64,000 nucleotides of DNA from Oikopleura dioica (taxonomy: Eukaryota > Animalia > Chordata), in assembly GCA_907165135.1 (NCBI GenBank), contig OU015568.1, forward strand, positions 744,001 to 808,000, written 5' to 3'. Below the pieces are notes generated by a model that worked only from the letters and a program-made list of their open reading frames with translations, was not told where the DNA came from and ran no database searches. The translations under genes and the position numbers were made by a program. Below, piece after piece: positions 59,833-64,000 of the stretch. Position 1 is the stretch's first letter. Each line of letters begins with the position of its first letter.

Positions 59833-62800
59833 ATGCCTGTCGTTCGATATGTCTCGACCGGCACTTCTGACGACTCCAGGAGCGACTCTTCGTCTTCCCC
59901 GCCGTCTTCAACTCCAACTTCCCTCGTTCTCCGCGACCACTTCTATCCTGAAATGTCGGGGATTTATCGTCGAGATCCAGGCGTTGGCGGTGATTCGCCT
60001 TCCTTCTCCACGATTACCGGTTTCACCGGCATTTCCAGTTCCACTGGCTTCTCTCGCTTCGTTCCGGATGAGCCCGTGCCCATCTTCTCGCTCGCAGTTC
60101 TCCCTGTGGCGCAGCCCAGCCTCCCTGACTACTCAAAGCGGGTGCCCTGTATCGCCAGTCGCCCGAATGCTGACCTCGGGTACGAGCAAGATGAGCTAAG
60201 TCGACTACTCTTCGCACCTGGTAACCCAGCGTCTGGAACCGAGGATTGGATTACTCCCCCTCAAATTCTTGTTGGTTTCCTCAACGCTCGTCACATGGAC
60301 TCGTCTCATGATGCCGACTTCTCTCATCCTCGCGACGTGGAGCAGCTTCATCCATCTACCGGAGAGTTGTGGGCTGTGAAACGAAGACGTCTCGGAGCTC
60401 CACCACCTACTCCTCGAGTTCTTGCTGTAGATTCAGGTCGTCCCGCGAACTCCTGGAGTATCCATCCTTCGTTCAGCGCACGATCAACTGCCCGTGATGA
60501 AGCTGATCAAGAAGCTACTTGGCGCGTTGAGTCTGGAACTGTCGATGCTGCCCTTGCCGTTGCAACTCATCGTTCCGTCGGCACCGGGACTTCTTTGGGC
60601 TTTCCGGATCTGCTCGCCCGCGATGTTGATTCCCTTCGCAGAGGTACATCGCTTCTGGCTCCGATTGAAACCCCTGTAAAATCGCGAAGTAAGTTCATCA
60701 ATGTTGAAATCAACTAGTAACTTCGGTCATTTAGATTTGGCGTCTGCTAGTGAAGTTTCTCGTTTTTGCGAGACTTATCGTCATGACCGTGTTTATCGTC
60801 AGCTCGGGTTGGAGCGGTATCTTCCGGTTCTCGGCCACAATCAGCCTATCGACGATACCTGCCACGCGCTGTTTCGCCCAACCCCTGACTCTCGGTTCAC
60901 CGTACCACTTCTGCCGAAGTCATCATCGCTTGGTCTTCCCGGTCCCGACTACTATCCTTGCGAGTGGCCTGATCGCTTCTGCTCTGACCCTGACTACGCT
61001 GGATACGACATCGAGGAAGACATTCAAGCTGCTCGCGACGCGTTTGCTGCTGCCGGAGGCCAGATGCATGTGCTGGAGCATACTCGAGTTCGTCACAACG
61101 TGGAGTTGTTTGATCACTCTCGCGTCTACCGAACTGTAGTCGTAGTTCCTCCAGGTACGATGTGAACCGTTCAACTAGTATTCAACAAGTTCTAGATAAT
61201 GATGTCCGAACGCAGGGCAATCTTCTTCCTGATCCGCTCGAAGTTGGCTTGTTCGATCAGCTGACCAAAGGTGGCTACGCTGATGCTTCTGTTCTTGATC
61301 GTATCGACTTCGGCAAGTCGCTCTGTACTCTAGGATCTCCAACCGTTCTTGATACTGCTACCGGAACTGGTTTCTTGGTGAGTCATCGTTTTCGCGCAGA
61401 TTTTTGACTTCTTCTTTTCAGTCCGAGTTGTTGGATGATCCACGTTACTGGGATCCAGAGCGCGGTGTGACCCGTCTTGCCGATTTGTTGTCGCCGATTT
61501 TACGATCACGGGACTGGTTCGACCCTTCTTCTCCTCTTTGGCGCCCCGATATCCAGCAGATTCATCATCGGAACGACTGCTTGCACTGGGGTTATCCGCT
61601 CACTGAGGGTCTCGGTGAGAATCCCTTCGGATACGAAGGTTTCACGTTAGTGCTTATTAACTTCTGCACTTTTTAATAATTTTATTTTTCAGGTTGGCTG
61701 ACACGATCTTCGCTGCTTGTCGTCTTGAGCATCTTTATCCGAAGGAGACTGATCGTCGGGTCATCTGCTTGATTCTTGGCTTGGATGTGAACTCGATTCG
61801 TCCACTGTTCCTCATCTCGCCATTTGAGATGTATCAGCTTCAGCTCGCCAACATGATCCGCCCTTACACGCTGGTCAATCGAGATGACGGTGACGTACCA
61901 CGTGATCCTGAGTGTCCTCTTGGACGAGAACGACTCCGGCTTCTCGATGTTGGTCATTGGTCGACCCAGGCGGCTGATGTCGACGCACATGGCTTAGGAG
62001 TCCTCGAAGTTGCCTTGATTGGACTCTCCGTTCTTGCAGCTGAGTTCTCCCTGACGCCAATCTGCTCTCTCGATGGTGAACCGGCCTTCTATTTTGATCA
62101 TAGGGCGCGGTTTCATGATGGATTGATCCTCAGCGGTGGCAACGGTGGTCTCAAGCGAGGTGCTTCATTTCTCGCAGCTCTACTTTGTGGCTGTCGCCCG
62201 TCCACCGATGCTGATCCGTCAACGATTCGTGATGGTGCTTCCGGTTCTGGAACAAGCAAGGAAGTGTCGGCTCCGAAGTGCTACTACGATGCAACTACTG
62301 GACGCCGATTCCCGCCCGTTCCGTCGTTGACTGGACTTCGTCCTGGCGAGTCCGTTGTGGCCCCGTACCAGTCCAAGTTCGTGCGATCCACCGCTTTCTC
62401 CGACGAAGCCGAACCTATTCGTCATGTTGGCATGACTGGCTACTCCTTGAAACGACTTGACGGTGGTGAGTCTTCCAGTCGAATTCTTCTTGAGTTCCTC
62501 GACTCACTTATGTTCGTGAGTTTGAAGGTGAGTCGACCCTCTCTGTACTTCATTTCGTGACTTGTGATCTATTTAGCAACCGGAGCCGCTGTGTACGCCA
62601 CTGTGAAGCATTTGCAGCAGAAGGGATCGTACTCGATGGGTGAAAGAACTTCCAACCGCTTCCCATATCGTAAGTCGATGAAGACTAGTGGGATGAAACC
62701 CATTGAATCTTGAATTCAGAGCTTCTTCCTGCTAGTTTCCAGGAGTGGTACGCGGCTGGAGCTCATTGTAAGTACTATGGAGGTACAACTCGCGACGTTG

Positions 62801-63237
62801 TCGACACGATTCTCGGTATGTTATCCGATGCCGAACGTCTGACTCTCCACGGTGGTGAATGTCTCTTCCCCTTGTTTCGAGGTCGAGAGGTAAATGTTTC
62901 TGGTAAGTGTAGTTTGTTGGTGATTTGATGTTTTACATGATTTGTACTTGATCCGTTGGTTTTTCATCTTGTTTTAGTTCACTTCGGACGCCGTGCTACG
63001 TTCGCCAGGAGCTCGACTCGCGGCTTGTGTCACCGCTACGCTTCGGGGCTTGCCAAGTATCAACTCGACGAACGTGGTGATCCTGTCGGTCTCAATGAAG
63101 AGGAGCGTGAAGCTCTGCTACGACGTATTGATGCTGATAAAGCCTCAGCTCTTGTCCCTCTGGCGAATCCAGCCGGAGAAACTGGAGGAACTGTTGAATC
63201 CTCGACTGCTGAAGATGATTCGAACTTGGCCGATTGA
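59833..63237 (+). CDS. 8-exon orphan gene, ~998 aa, all GT-AG introns
   Basis: Exons 59833-60688, 60735-61154, 61190-61377, 61422-61645, 61693-62465, 62577-62669, 62720-62902, 62978-63237 total 2997 nt with every phase matching; the exon 5/6 junction has alternative donors (62466, 62516, 62528). Confidence 0.75.
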
Positions 63238-63506
63238 GCATTATGCTCAGTACTCCGACCTCATCCAACGTAAGTTTTATTGTACGTCGTAGCAAGTTGA
63301 CAACGGAGTTTGTAGTGATGGTGTCCTCAACTGGTTTTCACCCAACTTACGACTGTTCCATCTCTACAGAAACTACCACGGCGGCGGCGAAGAAGCAAGA
63401 TGAAGAAAAAAATTTGAAGAGAACTGTTCCTACTCTGTAGTTCCATGTACCAACGCTTGATCGAGTTCCAAACTGCAGGCGTAATAAATTTACCCGTCGT
63501 GGCCAC

Positions 63507-64000
63507 TTACATGTAATCTTCACTTCTGTAGCGATCTGGTTCTCTTCTTGTCCTTGAGCTTGTGCGGATCTTTAGTTTATCAAGATCCGACTCATTTAAC
63601 GCAGAAGAAGATGCTACAGAGTGGAACGAGCAATCCTCGCTCGACTCGTTGTTTTGTACAGTTTCGTCTGTCTCGTTTAGATCTGTTTCTGGTGAAGCTG
63701 TCCACACTCCCGTGTCTCCTGTTGTTAGTAACCGGCTCACGATGTTGTTCGAACACCAAAGCCCGAATGAGGATTTCAGCGTCTTCGACGGAGTTGATTG
63801 CTTCGGTGAAACTTCAATTTCTGGTGCTGGCGTCGGTGGTAATGTCGATTTCGGCCCGAGGGAGATTGCTGAGTCATCGAGAAGGTCGATTCGATGAGCT
63901 CTTGGTCCCAGATGGTTCTCGTCGGCTTCTTCCCATACTGACACGTCTTCAGGTTGCATCAGCCACAATCTAGCCATCGGATTCGACAGTAAGTTATCGC
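63507..64000 (-). mobile_element. Probable C-terminus of a Ty3/gypsy-type (Tor-like) Pol/integrase, running off the window end
   Basis: Frame open to 64000; Pro/Ser/Thr/Glu linker ending RTSSRTRREPDRY, resembling the R-S-x-R-x-R-x-P-x-R-Y tail of gypsy-family integrases; A-rich coding strand. No catalytic core is in the window. Confidence 0.5.

Noticed and set aside
1-64000. tRNA, rRNA, snRNA or spliced-leader RNA genes
   Set aside because: None recognised by eye; tRNAscan-SE and Infernal would be needed to exclude them.

Overview
Eukaryotic, AT-rich, gene-dense DNA with 35-50 nt introns and several GA-AG introns, most consistent with the larvacean Oikopleura dioica (inference from intron style; no database check). 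0.5-10.5 kb: compact cluster of secretory/extracellular genes (WSCD-type sulfotransferase, DIPK/FAM69-like kinase, LLPLLL-repeat secreted protein, small cationic secreted peptide, sushi-like proteins). 11-15 kb: class III POU gene whose homeodomain helices I could not find. 20.6-30.7 kb: multi-copy lineage-specific genes, some disabled (two coiled-coil+RING genes, a kinase/papain-like fusion, a coiled-coil+Kelch gene). 30.8-50.8 kb: ~20 kb delta-protocadherin with introns full of MITEs and an interstitial (TTAGGG)n. 54-58 kb: nested non-autonomous DNA transposons. 58.3-64 kb: compositionally distinct island with the probable 3' end of a Ty3/gypsy-type integrase, an intronless ORF on the same strand, and an 8-exon ~998-aa orphan gene on the opposite strand. 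Top leads: (1) that island as a retroelement carrying a spliced antisense cargo gene; (2) an 82-bp TTAA-flanked MITE in a RING-gene exon that can be spliced out in frame (introner-like intron gain). All splice models were built by hand.
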